A stretch of DNA of 62,808 nucleotides, the filler included, from Choristocarpus tenellus KU-1152 (Eukaryota; Protista; Phaeophyceae), in assembly GCA_964200185.2 (NCBI GenBank). It is 15 parts of 15 records of this genome, joined end to end, with 100 filler letters (N's around TTAATTAATTAA, not from the genome) between each part and the next. Parts side by side here need not be neighbours in the genome. Positions count along the whole stretch, not along the records: positions 37,133 to 40,412 come from CAXNAD020021071.1; positions 40,513 to 44,332 come from CAXNAD020017742.1; positions 44,433 to 48,346 come from CAXNAD020017178.1; positions 48,447 to 55,087 come from CAXNAD020007684.1; 11 more parts are not named here. One strand, written 5' to 3'. Below, one piece after another: positions 38,407 through 51,500 of this stretch (position 1 is its first letter; each line of letters starts with the position of its first letter). The position numbers and the translations under genes were made by a program. Under the pieces are notes generated by a model that was not told where the DNA came from, did no database searches, and saw nothing but the letters and a program-made list of their open reading frames with translations.

Positions 38407-38961
38407 TTCTTGACAGGAGGAGTGGTAAGACCCAAAGTATGTGTGTGTGTGTGGGGATCTACACCAGGGTGTCCATTTGGGGCAAAACCAGGAAAAGTGT
38501 TCTAACATTATCCATGCGACGTATGCAACCAAATCAATCAAAAATCGCGATATGAAAAAATTGACCCCAAATGGACAGCTACCACCCCCCCCCCCCAGAT
38601 ACTTTGAGCCTAACTTGGTAGATAGGCAAGAGATCCGTCAAAAATTGTCTGTGGCTTCCCTAAAACGAGCTAAAAAAATGTAGTATACTAAAAGAACCCA
38701 CTTGACTTTCCTGGACAGTACCCTCACAAGCCTCAGTTGGACCTCTATATTGCTAAGAAGGTGGAGGAAGTGTTCCTCATTTCTTGACAGGAGGGGTGGT
38801 AACTTGATAGATAGACAAAAGGTCCCTCAAAAATTGTCTGTGGCTTCCCCAAAACGAGTTCAACAAATGTAGCACACTAAAATAACCCACTTGACTTTCC
38901 TGGACAGTACCCTCACAAGCCTCAGTCGGACCTCTATATTGCTAGGGAGGTGGAGGAAGTG
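38407..38961 (+). repeat. About 190-bp tandem duplication (38407-38772 with MITE; 38781-38961 empty) covering a splice acceptor and putative exon start
   Basis: Both copies run TTCTTGACAGGAGG.GTGGTAA...GTGGAGGAAGTG. Confidence 0.9.
38429..38610 (+). mobile_element. MITE family B, full copy, TSD TAA confirmed by empty site
   Basis: GTGG-TAA[MITE]TAA-CTTG versus GTGG-TAA-CTTG in the neighbouring duplicate. Confidence 0.95.
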
Positions 38962-40737
38962 CTGCAGAGGTCGCTCAATGAGGGAGAGCAACAGGCAGCG
39001 GCCAAGGACACTGGCAATGAGAGTTTCACACCAAAGGACGACAGCAAGTGCAAGTAGTTTTGTGTCAGAGCACTTAGGTTGGTACATGGTATAGATGTAT
39101 TGGTGTACCACCATCTCTTATCTATGTGCGAATTTTTCCATTTCAACCGTCCATATGTATTTCGGGCTACGTCAACTACATATTTCTCTTACCTACCTGG
39201 CAGATTAGTTGCACAGGGCGGGCGGGAAGGTCGATCTTTTTACCTAGAACGAGAAATGAACAAAAAAAAGGAAGAGTTGAATTCAATGTAATGAAATAAG
39301 AGAGTAGTATGAACTGTGGCTTTGCTGGTGGGGTGTCAAGATTGTGCTTGTCCATTTGTGAGAATACCATAAGATTTGAAGTCACATATTGGACGTACGC
39401 ACAAACGATGTTACTGGACATTCGGGATACCTAGGGTTAGGGTATCTGATCAGATGAAGTTCCCACAGAATGTTAGAGTAGGAATGTTTCTGAAGTGCTA
39501 TAGAGAACTGTCGGGTCATTTGGTATTGTGAGTGTTTTGCTGCAAGGTTTGGTGAGCCCCATCTGGTGATGGTGTCTCACTCTCTTCTCAACTCTGATGC
39601 AAGCTATTAAATAATAATATAACGACTGCTTTTGTGTGACAAAAGATCGTCAAGAACAGCTTAACATAGGGCATAAAACCACAGTAGTATAGTAGTAGTA
39701 GTAGTAGTAGTAGTAGTATCATTCAAACACCAGTAAGTAGGAGTTCAGAAGGGTAGGGTCTACGTTTGAGACATGATTGTATTTCACATCATGCTTCCAA
39801 GCATCATTACACTGACTTGGGGGCAGGGTTAGGAGGTTATGTTACATGTCAGTACTCGTGTGTTATTGTACATAGTCTATCACACCACGGATCTTTTCAA
39901 AAGCCCCGGTTGAGCCCTGCTGCTGAAAGAGGGATGATTCTTGTGACTGGGTGCAAAGCAGTTGGAAGAGTTGTAACCATCGTCCAACACCCCCTCCCCC
40001 CTCAACAGGAGGTGCCTACATGTAGTCTCAGGATATACAGGGTGGAATGGTTCCTTTTTGTCTGCTGGTAGTGCCCTGGATTGGGAGACCTCAGTTGTAG
40101 CTGTGCTATGAACTATACGTCATTAGATGTCGTCCAACAAGTAGTGACTGAGATGAAACCACCCCTTGAAGGGGACCTGCCCTCCACTGAGAGTTTGTAG
40201 TAGGACTGAAGGCTAGGGTAGGCTCTTCCGAACGGCAGAGGACAATGCACAACTGAGCCAGGTGTACGAAGGCCTGGACCCGTATCAAATGCCCCCCCCC
40301 GAACAAGGTTCACTCAACAGCGAGTGACTAACAAAACCCATTATTTTGATTTTATTTTGTCTCAAAGTATCTGGGGGGGGGGGGGGGGCTGTCCATTTTG
40401 GGGCAATTTTTTNNNNNNNNNNNNNNNNNNNNNNNNNNNNNNNNNNNNNNNNNNNNTTAATTAATTAANNNNNNNNNNNNNNNNNNNNNNNNNNNNNNNN
40501 NNNNNNNNNNNNTCCTCCATAGTATGCTCCATCCTCAATTTTGAGAATCCGCTGTTCCTTATCTGATGTATGATTGCTCCTCCTTTACTTCACGGATGGT
40601 CTAAAGGAATGCTACTACTACTAAAACGATAGATGACCATCATGTGCACGATCTCTGTGATGATACAAAGTACCCAACATATTAGTCGAGCTGAAAATGA
40701 TACTTGTTGAAGCAAACATACTGTACTTGGTCGAAAA

Positions 40738-40935
40738 GAGTGAAAGTATCTTAGAGGGTACGATTTTTGCCCTGTTTGTCCATATGGGACTTGGCTTTCC
40801 ACAGGTGTTTTATGACTTTTTCCAAGGATATTGACACTTCCTCAAAAACATGATAGTCAAAATTACATCAAAATCGGAACATTCGAATTTGACCCCAAAA
40901 TGGACGCGGCTCTACCCTCTAAGATACTTTGGCTC
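40738..40935 (-). mobile_element. MITE family A, internally deleted, TSD AAAA
   Basis: Both TIRs intact, about 60 bp shorter than full copies. Confidence 0.9.
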
Positions 40936-40988
40936 AAAACAAACCTATAGGTGGGTGACCCACTTACTCATCTAAATATAGAATTATT

Positions 40989-41128
40989 GGCTCAAAGTAA
41001 CTTGAGGAGGGGGAGGGGGGTCCACTCAGGCCCTGACCAGGAAAAGTGTACTTACATTATCCATCACACAGCATGGAAAAATGAACCCAGGATGGACAGC
41101 TACCACCCCCCCCCAGATACGTTGAGCC
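40989..41128 (+). mobile_element. MITE family B, internally deleted, TSD ATT
   Basis: GGCTCAAAGTAACTT...CCCAGATACGTTGAGCC flanked by ATT/ATT. Confidence 0.8.
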
Positions 41129-43240
41129 ATTTGTTGTACCTTGTACGTCACTGATTGATCTCATTCTGATGGGATAATGTAGCAGCCTCAGTGCCCACTG
41201 ATACAGGCAATCGTTGATGCCTTGGTGAATAACCTAGACTTGGCACTGGATCACTGTATTAATATTATCTTGTGAGGTTCGCGAGTATAAGAAAAGATTG
41301 AATCTTGGACACTCAATGGGTCACTCAGTGACGGCTCATAGATACTGCAATCTGGGTAGCCTGTAGGTCAATACACCCCGCTTGGCAAAATCCTCAAACT
41401 GTGATGATAAAGAACTCATCAGAAAGGTCCTGATAACTCCTTACAAACAGTTCGTAATGGACTATTGGCTGTAACATGCCCCCCAGAGTGAAGCATATAG
41501 AACTGCTTCAACACTATCATAAGGCCATTGCGCTAGTCAAGGAAAGAAAACACACTTCCTTGAACCTAAATGAACGTAGATGTGTGAAATGAACCTCGCC
41601 ACAGCGTCCCAACATACTAGGCATTGCTGAGGTGTGAAAAAATCCTTCCATTGTTGCGGTAGCGACAGGTGTGCCAGAGTGACAATCGTGCCTCATGGCA
41701 CTCATTCCGCATTTGCCTAGACGTCAAAGAACAAAAACATACACAATAATAGAAAAACACAACGTACATTGAGACCTGTCTCTCAACATCAAGCGCTACA
41801 AACCACTTTAAGGTATTGCCCCGAGACCTTTTCCTTCTAATAAAGCAAAAAACACAAACGAGTCGAACCATTTGAGAAATAGGGAGGTCTGAACCTTTCT
41901 GCATTCCAACCCATCTTTGATAAACTTTGCAATACGTCCCACTTCATTGCTTTAAGCGCATAATATTGGACGCAAAATTGGTATCCCTCCTTTCCACACA
42001 CAAGGTATCACCACAATTCAGCAAAGGATAATTACAAAATTTACAAAATGGCGTCCTGTTTTTTTCTCGGGATCCTTAAAATGCAACTTTGCCCCCCTCT
42101 CAAACCGTTTGACTCAACACAAACATAAACTAGTAGGCCTTGCTTTTGCTTAATACATAATAGCTAACTCCAATTCCTTCGGTCACAGACCTCCAACTTC
42201 TTGGCACAAGTTTGCAACAACCGGAACAGTAACAAAAAGCATGCCAAAGTAAATATAATACTTCTGAGTATAAACGAATTGTGATCACATACACACACGG
42301 GAAGACTTAGGTGTTCAACAACAGTAGCAGTAGTAGGGTGAACAGGCCTCGATAGCAGCAATCACCTTCCTACCCCAACACCTCAGCAATAAACGAAGTA
42401 ACTCTTTCTATTGTGATTTCGAGGAGTATGCATAGATATCTTCACAAGCATGCCCTTATATCAAGCCCACTCCGCTTGTATTGCTCCCCATTTGGCATCC
42501 ACTTTCAAACCCACAAAACGTGGTGCAAGTAAGCACTCCCATTATTGTCGTTCCCTTCAAGCAAAATCTATTTCAAACACACCTGCTGAGCAGTACGTAG
42601 TACGTACATCATCTGCAGTAGCCAAATTCGAAAAACCCTAACCCTTTACCCTCATGGAAACAAAAAAAGGATCCAAGAAAAGTGAACGGCGACATTTCTA
42701 AATATTGCAATAGGTAATCCCATCTATATTTCATCTAATTATCTGAACTGGCGTGCCTCAAAGAATGAGACACTTGCAGTCACCTATGACAAAAATTTGA
42801 CACGATTTACTGCCACAGGCTGTTGCTGTAGTTGGATGTCATGACAAGGGACAAGATAACCTCTACCTACCAAATAACATTTACTTCAAAATGCTTTTGA
42901 AGCAGCGAACATCAAAACACTGCACACTCATGCACCACACCCTTCCATATCGACCAGCAGCCAGAATAGCCCGGACGAATGAAACTGTCACCACAGAAGA
43001 CTAGTACTGTTCAAAAGTAGGTAAAGATCACTTCGGCACACTTCCACTACAGCTCTTGTTGCCTTCAAGGAATCGAACAAAAACTTAGTAACTCCGATTT
43101 ACCATCACCTACCTCGACTATCCACCCCACCCATCAGAAGAAGCGCGCTTACTGTCAGTCATACGTGTGAGTCGAGAAAATGTGTGTCCACCCGGTTGCA
43201 CTCACACAGGCGCTACAACAAACACTACTACACTACCCAG

Positions 43241-43241
<1 letters not shown>

Positions 43242-43277
<36 letters not shown>

Positions 43278-43305
43278 GCACAAACACACATACACACACA
43301 CATAC
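43242..43305. repeat. (CA)n microsatellite
   Basis: Direct observation. Confidence 0.9.
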
Positions 43306-43817
43306 ATATGAAAGTATGCAACGACAACGAGATGCAATGGAGGACGAAGGCACTTCTTGGACACCTCACAGCCTCTGTATCACACTTTCGTGTGCGTTCT
43401 CCCTCAAGGAAGGAGGTGGAGCCTCTGCACTAGGCACAGTCAATGAATTCCCTCCACATTCCCACTCTTTCGCACCACCCCACTCCCCTCACCCTTCTCT
43501 ACTTCATCGTCTACAGGTTCGTTGCTTGCACAGACTCTGAGCACTAAAACAATCCAGTCCCTTCCCTCTGAGGCCTCCCACCTCTGCCACCACAAAACAA
43601 ATGTTTCTTCTTTTTTTTTGTGCGCGCGTGTGCGTCTGTCTCCAATGATAACGCCTTCCAGTATGCATCCCCCTCAGAGAACAAAATGAAACACCCTTGC
43701 ATTCAACACCCTCTCCGCGCAACAGTGGCAAAAGACACACCACAGAGGTCACACCGGTATCCCTTCCTATTGCCACAACCTGAACCACAATCCAGACGAG
43801 CCTTTGTTGCACTCCAA

Positions 43818-43974
43818 TCACCGACCATAGTCACCGTAAGGATCATCGTAATATCTCCCCCCACCCCCCCCTCCTCCATAGTCATGTTCATAGTCCCGTG
43901 GCATGGGCGGTGGGCGAGACCGCGGCTGCTGTCTCGAACGGGATCCCCCTCTAGTGTTGCTCTTAGACCCCCGC
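43818..43974 (-). CDS. Putative terminal exon, R/G/Y-rich tail (RGSKSNTRGGSRSRQQPRSRPPPMPRDYEHDYGGGGGGGRYYDDPYGDYGR*)
   Basis: TGCCAG acceptor, open protein-like frame to TGA, followed by UTR-like GT-rich sequence. Confidence 0.45.
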
Positions 43975-44699
43975 CTGGCAGCCAATGGAAACAAGCCCGA
44001 TCAAAGCAACACAGGTATGAGTATCACTATCATGTCATGGGAGGTAGGGTCGAGGTGGTCAGGGTGTTCGTGGGTGAGGGGAGGGGGAAGAAGGGCAATT
44101 CTCACAGTGAGAGGGTTAGGAGGAATCGGCGTCGGAGGAGTCGTAAGGCATAAGGGGTTTCAATATATTGCATGGTGTGTGAGACGTTTAGGTGATGTGA
44201 GAAAAAAGATATCCAACGAAGAAGATACATCTTCCAGGGTGCTGAACTAGTTAAATCGGCCGCTGAGAACCCCCCCCTCCCCCCCCCCCCCCCCACAACC
44301 AACACGGCAACACCGCGGGAAGGAAACAAAAANNNNNNNNNNNNNNNNNNNNNNNNNNNNNNNNNNNNNNNNNNNNTTAATTAATTAANNNNNNNNNNNN
44401 NNNNNNNNNNNNNNNNNNNNNNNNNNNNNNNNCCACCTAAATTTAATCAATCACTCTACAGACACCAAGCAATATCGCCGAGTTTATCACATTTACCCTC
44501 TTTGATGATTTTGGGGATACTTTAACACTTTCATGTAATTGTACTCTGGTGTACTATTGTGCACTTTGCATAGCGTGTAGTGCACAACACGATGCAGTAC
44601 ACAACATAAAAATATATGTAATGCGGAGTATTACATTACCACACTGCCCTACTTCATATCTTTCCCACCAAGAGTTGGTTCTAGAAACCCTGGAAGCAA

Positions 44700-46950
44700 G
44701 ACGACAGTTGTGTTTGGGAGTACATGGTGAGCCCATATAGTGTTATTGAAGGGATCTACAGATGACACGTCTACTAGCAGAGGAGTAAGGACTAGAAGAG
44801 GAACCCACCTTGTTCTGTGAGCAATCTCAACGGTGTCATGACTCAGTGTATTTATATATAATTGTGGCACGTGCGATGCACTGACGGAATGTACTCTTCC
44901 TGGACAAGTTTCTCGCACGGTGGAAAGTTACGTACAAAATATTTTATACCGAGCTGACTCACATAGTGTAGGATGATGATAGCCTTAATACCTAATATCG
45001 TAGACTGACGATGATTGTCGGATAAACCCTTTGGGTCTTTACTTCGATTCTTATTTGTTTTGATCATATATATTGTACTGAAACAGAAGGGTTTGACAGA
45101 GGAGGAATCTCATCACAATCAATAACAAAACCTGCCAGAGAGATAGAATGAGCGAGAGTATCTTAGAGGGTACAAGTTTTACCCTGTTTGTCCATTTGGT
45201 GTTTGGCTTACCATGTCTTTTTTTATGGCATTTTCCTACTCCAAAATGTTTCAAAGTAGGTAAAATGTGCACAATATGAAAAGGTGTATTCGGAACAAGG
45301 ATATTGATACTTCCTAACAAAATACGATAGCCAAAATTACATCAAAATTGCAACATTGGATTTTGGCCCCCAAATGGACGCGGCTCGACCCTCTAAGATA
45401 CTTTGACTCAATATCATCAATCAAGTTCAACTCGCGTTTATGAAACGACCAAAACAGAGTTGTTCCCTTCATCGAACAGATAGATATTGGTTTGCCGTTT
45501 ACTGTTGCTGATTTTATTAACTCTCGTACCAACAGCGTATGTTAAATCGAAAACAATCTCGAAGGGACCTGATTGGTGCTTGTCCAGCCCACTGGATGCT
45601 GGACAGCCCAAGCACCATGCACCGAGCACCAAGCCCCATTCATACAATGACCAATCGCTACCTAGCAACCAAAGGCCAACAGTTACTGGTAGGTGGCACG
45701 CCGAAGAAACATTCCCTGTTCTGCACCACAGGTGTGCAGGCTACAGTCTGTTGCACAACAATGTTACCAAATCCTTTCCAATTACTCCTACGCCCTGATG
45801 CTCTTGTCTTTGTATGGATTACGTGGGTTGAGACTTGCACTCTTCACCTGGCCCTCCGTTTCTCTGGTCTTGCAGCCTGTTGCTCATCTCACCCTTCATG
45901 CGTAGCAACTTTCTCTACTTCTCCAAAGTAGCTGTCCTCTTCTCTTCGTTTTCCTGTGCAGATACAAAACTTTTCCCCCACAGGGGGGGGGAGGGAGGAG
46001 GGGTGCCTCCACCGAATTTCGTTGTTAGTACTCCATAAGGTCCTATCACCGCCCCACACCCCTCCTCATCACACTCGCAGATAGAGGTTTCAGAGTAAAC
46101 TACAATCCTCGCGTAAGGGAGGGTGAGTAAGCAACATATGGTTCCATTCTTGGTTTGCGAGACCTAAGGAAGACTACTTGGGGCCACCCGCTGAATCCTG
46201 GTAGGAATGGCCAACCACATTGACCAGGCCAGAGGGTTTGTGCGAGATTTCTTCGTATCAATGCGTGGAACCAAAAGAAGGCTACTTGTTACAGCCTGCC
46301 GACTCCAGGCAACGACGGTGGACGACAGTGACCTGCTGTAGTATTTGCGTAAGCAACACAGGGTCACTGTCTTACCATCTGAAAATAGACCAAACGAAGG
46401 CTGGACCCTGGTGCAGTACACCCCAATGACATATTGAGGAAGTTCTTGATGTCCACCCCTCTCGCGGAAGAGATATATCCCCTACTGCGTCTCAGATTCT
46501 GAGTTATAGCTATTACGCCCTTGTTGGCAGAAGATTTTGTACCTTGGCATTGACTTGCTGATGAGAGAATGATCCTTTTTGTGGAAAAGAGGCAGCCTTT
46601 CTTACAAGAAGGGAGTCTATCTTCTTGGGGGTTTTTCAGTTTCTATAGGACTTCCTAAACGTTCTGCCTGTCACCCCGCTTTCCCATGTCTGATTTGCTG
46701 CAACCCCTCCTCATGAGGTTGTGGTTGCAGAAGAGAGGAGGAACATCCCTCCTCACTGAGGTATCTTCAAAGCACACCTACAGGATTCGATATAGTTACC
46801 CCGTATTGCCGATCACGGAACTTCAACTTGCTATGTCTCCTCGCTCCATAAACATATACTTCTTCCTCCAGAGGAAGATGATAGGGAGAGTTTACTCAGG
46901 TTCACTACCCCAAGGATTGAGGTGATCATCTTGATGTAGTGGAGTTAGGT
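44700..46950 (-). mobile_element. Very degenerate Copia-like retrotransposon relic
   Basis: SARYKIFCT*LSTVRE...VPQL resembles the Copia RNase H end (RTKHIDxRxHFVRE...QLAD); gag-like fragments upstream; weak. Confidence 0.3.
45150..45409 (-). mobile_element. MITE family A, full copy, TSD AAT
   Basis: TIRs; flanks AAT/AAT. Confidence 0.9.
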
Positions 46951-47514
46951 CTTTTGTCTTTCTTCGTGTTGTTCTTTCGATCATTCGACCCAGTTATACA
47001 ATACGTAGTACTAGAAAACAGGTAATAAAAGTAGAAACCTATTTCTCCCCTTTTTTACGATCTTTCCGATTCGTGTCCTATTTGTACCGTGTACAGGAAT
47101 TCTACTATATAAATGTAATCTAGTTAAATCATTCTGGAGTGTGAGACATCTTCCAACTAAGGTATACCTTTAAGGTGACTTACCTTCAAGGTATGTTGCT
47201 TATATGGCATCTGCTTTTGCATATTGAAGTTAACATCTGCTTGAAGTAAATAATGGGTGGTTTGAGGGGACCTTGCAATCCCCCTCATTTACATTTTTCT
47301 TCTTCACTCTTTCCTGAGTGATCTTCTGAGGGATTGCTCTCCCTCTAATCTTATCTCTCTTCATTCCCTCCCTCCTGTGAGTCTTCCCACTCCCCTTCAG
47401 TCTGAAGAACCTGTCAGCCTGTTCCCACCTGTTTCACAGGAGTAATATACGTTATTTTCTTGGTACCATATGTAAACATGTCCAATAATCCACTAAATAG
47501 TGGACTTCTACACC

Positions 47515-47900
47515 TTACAGGCACGTAAAGAACCCCAATTCCAGAAATTTTATCATCAGTTCCTGTTGCGGTGACCGGAATTCTCTAGTGTTCAGGTTGA
47601 AATTGCCTTCGTAGCACCCCTCCCATACGTCCAACTTCTTAGTAACCCTATCCATCCAAATGCGACCGAGTAAGACGAGGAGTTGCACTTTGTTAGTCGT
47701 TGTTTTTTTGGCATGGCAATATTCCCCAGTGACGAACGACAACGTACGCACAGGTCACCCTGAGAAGCAGGAATGACTGAAACAGGTTGGGGGAGTTTCT
47801 AAAAGGACGAATGAATGAAGCCCATTCTCGCCACCACTGAAATGGGTCATTGAAGCCACTTTTCGGATCACCGACATGGAGGCATATTTCCATATTGAAG
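47515..47900 (-). mobile_element. Degenerate hAT transposase C-terminal dimerisation domain
   Basis: DPFQWW, then after frameshifts VIPASQ and KVQLLVLL, matching the hAT DPLxWW...IPASxxxSERxFS pattern. Confidence 0.45.
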
Positions 47901-48552
47901 GAGGCAATTTGAACTCGTGCTCACTGCTCCATATGTTCCCTCATCGACAATTTATTGCACCACCCCTCTATCACTACAACTACAAACTACTCAGACGGAC
48001 ATTGTGTGTGTGCCCTGTGATGCTGTACTATTAATATGCGACTACTATATATGGAAGTTTCTTCGTGTATCATATATTGTGTGTGACAATTACTCTGACA
48101 CCAGGTTTACCAACCACTTCCAACTCTTCATGACTTCAAAGTGTGTGTGTGACACGTTTTGGGAATTTCTGTGTTTCTTGTGAATCCCCCTTCCAAAATA
48201 ACCGAGTTTCTTCAGTTATAATCTCGGTTCATTCTTCATTCTTGATTTGAGTTCTAATCATAAATTGGATAGTGTGAATCGTGTGATTCTGTGGCGGCAT
48301 GGTTCACTCAGGCAGGGGTGGTGAAGAGAATCACCGGGCAAGACGGNNNNNNNNNNNNNNNNNNNNNNNNNNNNNNNNNNNNNNNNNNNNTTAATTAATT
48401 AANNNNNNNNNNNNNNNNNNNNNNNNNNNNNNNNNNNNNNNNNNNNGGGTCATGTCTCGCGATTTGTGACGCCTTGCATCCTCTCTCCCCCCTCCCATGC
48501 CAACACCCTCCCTCTCTTCTTTGGTCTTGCCTTGGGGCTTTTGTTCAAAAAG

Positions 48553-51500
48553 GTGGCTGCTTATATCATGAGCCTGCAGCAAGGAGACGGCTCGTTTTAT
48601 GGTGACATGTGGGGGGAGGTGGATACACGCTTCTCCTATTGTGCCCTGTCAGCCTTGGCAATCCTTGGAAAGTTGCATGATGGGACTGTAAATGTTAGAG
48701 GAGCTGCTGAATTTGTTGGGAGGTGTGGTCCGCTTCCCCATATTTTCCCTTCTCAAATTCGCCTGTATGATGCCCAGCTGCGTGCTTGCGTAGTGGACCC
48801 CTATTGGGATGCACAAGTCCTTTGCTTGTCTTCTCTCTCGATGTTCAAGCAGTGATATGATTGATGCTCCTCGATTCTCTACTGCAGTGAAGAGTTGGGA
48901 CAGGGGATTTTGGACTGAGAAAGTGCTTGGGTTGGTCGGTGTTGTTCTGACCGTTGGGTGCTGGAGGGCAGTAGAGGAGATGAGAAAGATGCGTGTCTAC
49001 AGTTTGTCAAGTGCTATGGACGGGAATGTTGCATTTGTTCTATCGGATGTATGTTTTTGCCTGAGTTTAAAGCGCTGTATAAACATGTTCTTATAAGGTT
49101 CCCTCCCCCCACCCCTCCTAACTGTTGACCTAGTTCCTAAGACATTTTGAGTAATATCCAGAGGATAAGGGGGCACTTTTGATTAGTCAAGTTCTGCTTA
49201 CGCCAAGTGCAAACCTCACCTGTAGGATTCCATTCTGGAGAGAGCATGGCCCTGGTCTTGCTGCGATTCCTGGATCAATCCCCCTTTGATTGCCCTCTTG
49301 TAATAATACTCTTATTGGAAGGTGTCGAAACTTTGATGGAGGATTCGGCTGTGTTCCTGGTGCGGAATCACACGCTGGTCAGATCTTTACCTGTATTGGG
49401 GCGCTGTCCATAGCAGATTCACTTGATCTGGTGGATGAGGGTGAGAACATGTTTGGTATGTAAGGGCGTTAGGGTTCGGCTGGTATGTGGGGCAAGGGTC
49501 TTCTTAGACACATCCCATGGTGTTTGGAGGTATGTTGTACTTATCCAGTGGCATGTGGGTGTAAGTAGTGAGGGTATGGAAGATGCTTTGTGGTTGTTGG
49601 CACTTCTTCGATGAAATGTGTTCTGTGATAAAATCATTGTATATGTCGATATTTTTGATGAATTGTGAAGTGTTGTCCAAGATGGATTTCCCTTTGCTTT
49701 CATCTGCTTAGTAGTTGTTTCCAAGAAGTCATTGCCTAGCCAGGTGTTAAGCAAGTGATCAGGTTGCTCTACCTTTTATCTTATACCATCATTGTGCACA
49801 ACCCCAGAGTTCATTCTGTTCTAACCTGTTGACTATTCCAAGATCACTAGGATAGTATACCAGAGTTACTTGTTCAGCTCCAGTTCTAGGTTGCTGTTTG
49901 TTGTACCTGAACAACTTAGACCCAAAACCGTTCACTGAGTCATTACATCCCAACAGTAGTCAAGAATAAATCTTGATGATTTTTAGGGACATCTGTGCCT
50001 CACATACCCTCTGTTCAAGTATAATTCGAGCTGCGTTTGGTTTAAATAGAGAGGAGAGGACTTCGATGCTTTCGTTGGGGAAGTCCAAGGTCTACCTTGA
50101 GATTGTTGTTTCAAGAGATGATGTTTTGTGTTTTGTTCCTCTCTTGCCTTTGCTTGTTGTACCTCCTTGCCCAATGCTCTACATGTGCCCTGCCTGGAAA
50201 AAAGGACTGCTAGGCTGGTGGCTCTGTGAGCGGCAGTGTGACTCTGGAGGGCTAAACGGAAGGCCAGAGAAGCAGGCCGATGTTTGTTATTCTTGGTGGA
50301 TCTTGTCTGCTCTGGAGATATTGGGAAAGGTGAGAGGGTTCTTGATGCTAGATTATCTCAGCCTTGTATGTATACTTCTAGCACATCCTTTGGGTCGGAA
50401 TTATGCCCTCTTGTGGTGTGATGATATTGTAATTCACTAGCAGGGTGAGAGGTGACTGAGGCAATTGATCCCCAGGGAGAGGAACGATTCCCTTGGACGG
50501 CATGTGCCACATTCCTGTGTGCATGCTTCAGGTTAATTTGTGAAATTTGGATCTGTGTTCTGGGGAAGACGTCTGGATATGTGGTGTGATGTGCTGGTGT
50601 TGGCTGTATACCCTCGGTCTCTAGGGCTGTGTAGTGCTTACACAGCAGCTCAAGAAACACATCTATGTTAACAGGTGCATCAATTGATAGTCTGTTAGTG
50701 AGAGACTATTGTAGCAAATTGCCAGATTTTGTAAGCTCTTCAGTTCTGCTGACTTTCTATCTACGTCATCCCAGGGCAGTGAATGTTATCTCCGAGGACT
50801 CAGGGTGTGCAAGGCAATTACAGTGAATTTTTGTGTGTCCATCAAATGACTCTCACCCATTCTGGAACTAGTTATCATATCAACCTTTAGTATCTAATCA
50901 TTTCTCCATATTTATTGGACCTCTCTGCCCTCTTGTTCTAAGTGGTGTTACTCTGTTCCTGTATGATGATATCTCCTGCCCCTCCCACCCAGCATATGAT
51001 CCTTGGTTCTTCCTTTCATGAAGTCCAAATGTACCAGGTACATACACTCAGAAGTATTGAATATGCTCAGGTCCTCTGAGGTAGGAAACCTGACACCCAG
51101 GTGGTTTAACCCACTTTGACATATTCTTGTAGTCAAGGCATTGAAGTCCAAAATCTCAACCTCATTGTACCACACCCCCAACCTCTCCCCTATCCTGCGC
51201 CTCCTGTATCCCTTCTGGTGGGATGGCGCATGTATGCAAGGTGGATTGGATTGATGGCTCCCGACTGCAGTACTTCATCTTGCGGTGTCAGGATGCTGAT
51301 GATGGTGGTATATCAGAGCGGCCTGGTAACCTTGCTGACATATTCCATACCTTTTTTGGCATAGCCGGTTTATCACTGTTGGGGTACTTCGACAACAGGT
51401 GATGCGAGGTGTTCATAAACTGGCCCTCAAGGTTGTGATGCTTCTGTGTGCCATTATTTTTTCCATCTTTTTCTGTTTCAGTGCACTGCTTGTCATTTGT

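Noticed and set aside
43167-44250. Plus-strand ORFs of 88-177 aa
   Set aside because: Microsatellite-derived or antisense to a more protein-like minus-strand exon; no recognisable domain
257-45409. Classifying the MITEs as PIF/Harbinger (Tourist)
   Set aside because: Only one TSD is TAA; the others are not TWA and several are 4 bp
232-45532. Recurring short ORFs such as LGSVNILVP...GVGKC...YPLRYFHS
   Set aside because: These are translations of the non-coding family-A MITE; frames are not conserved between copies
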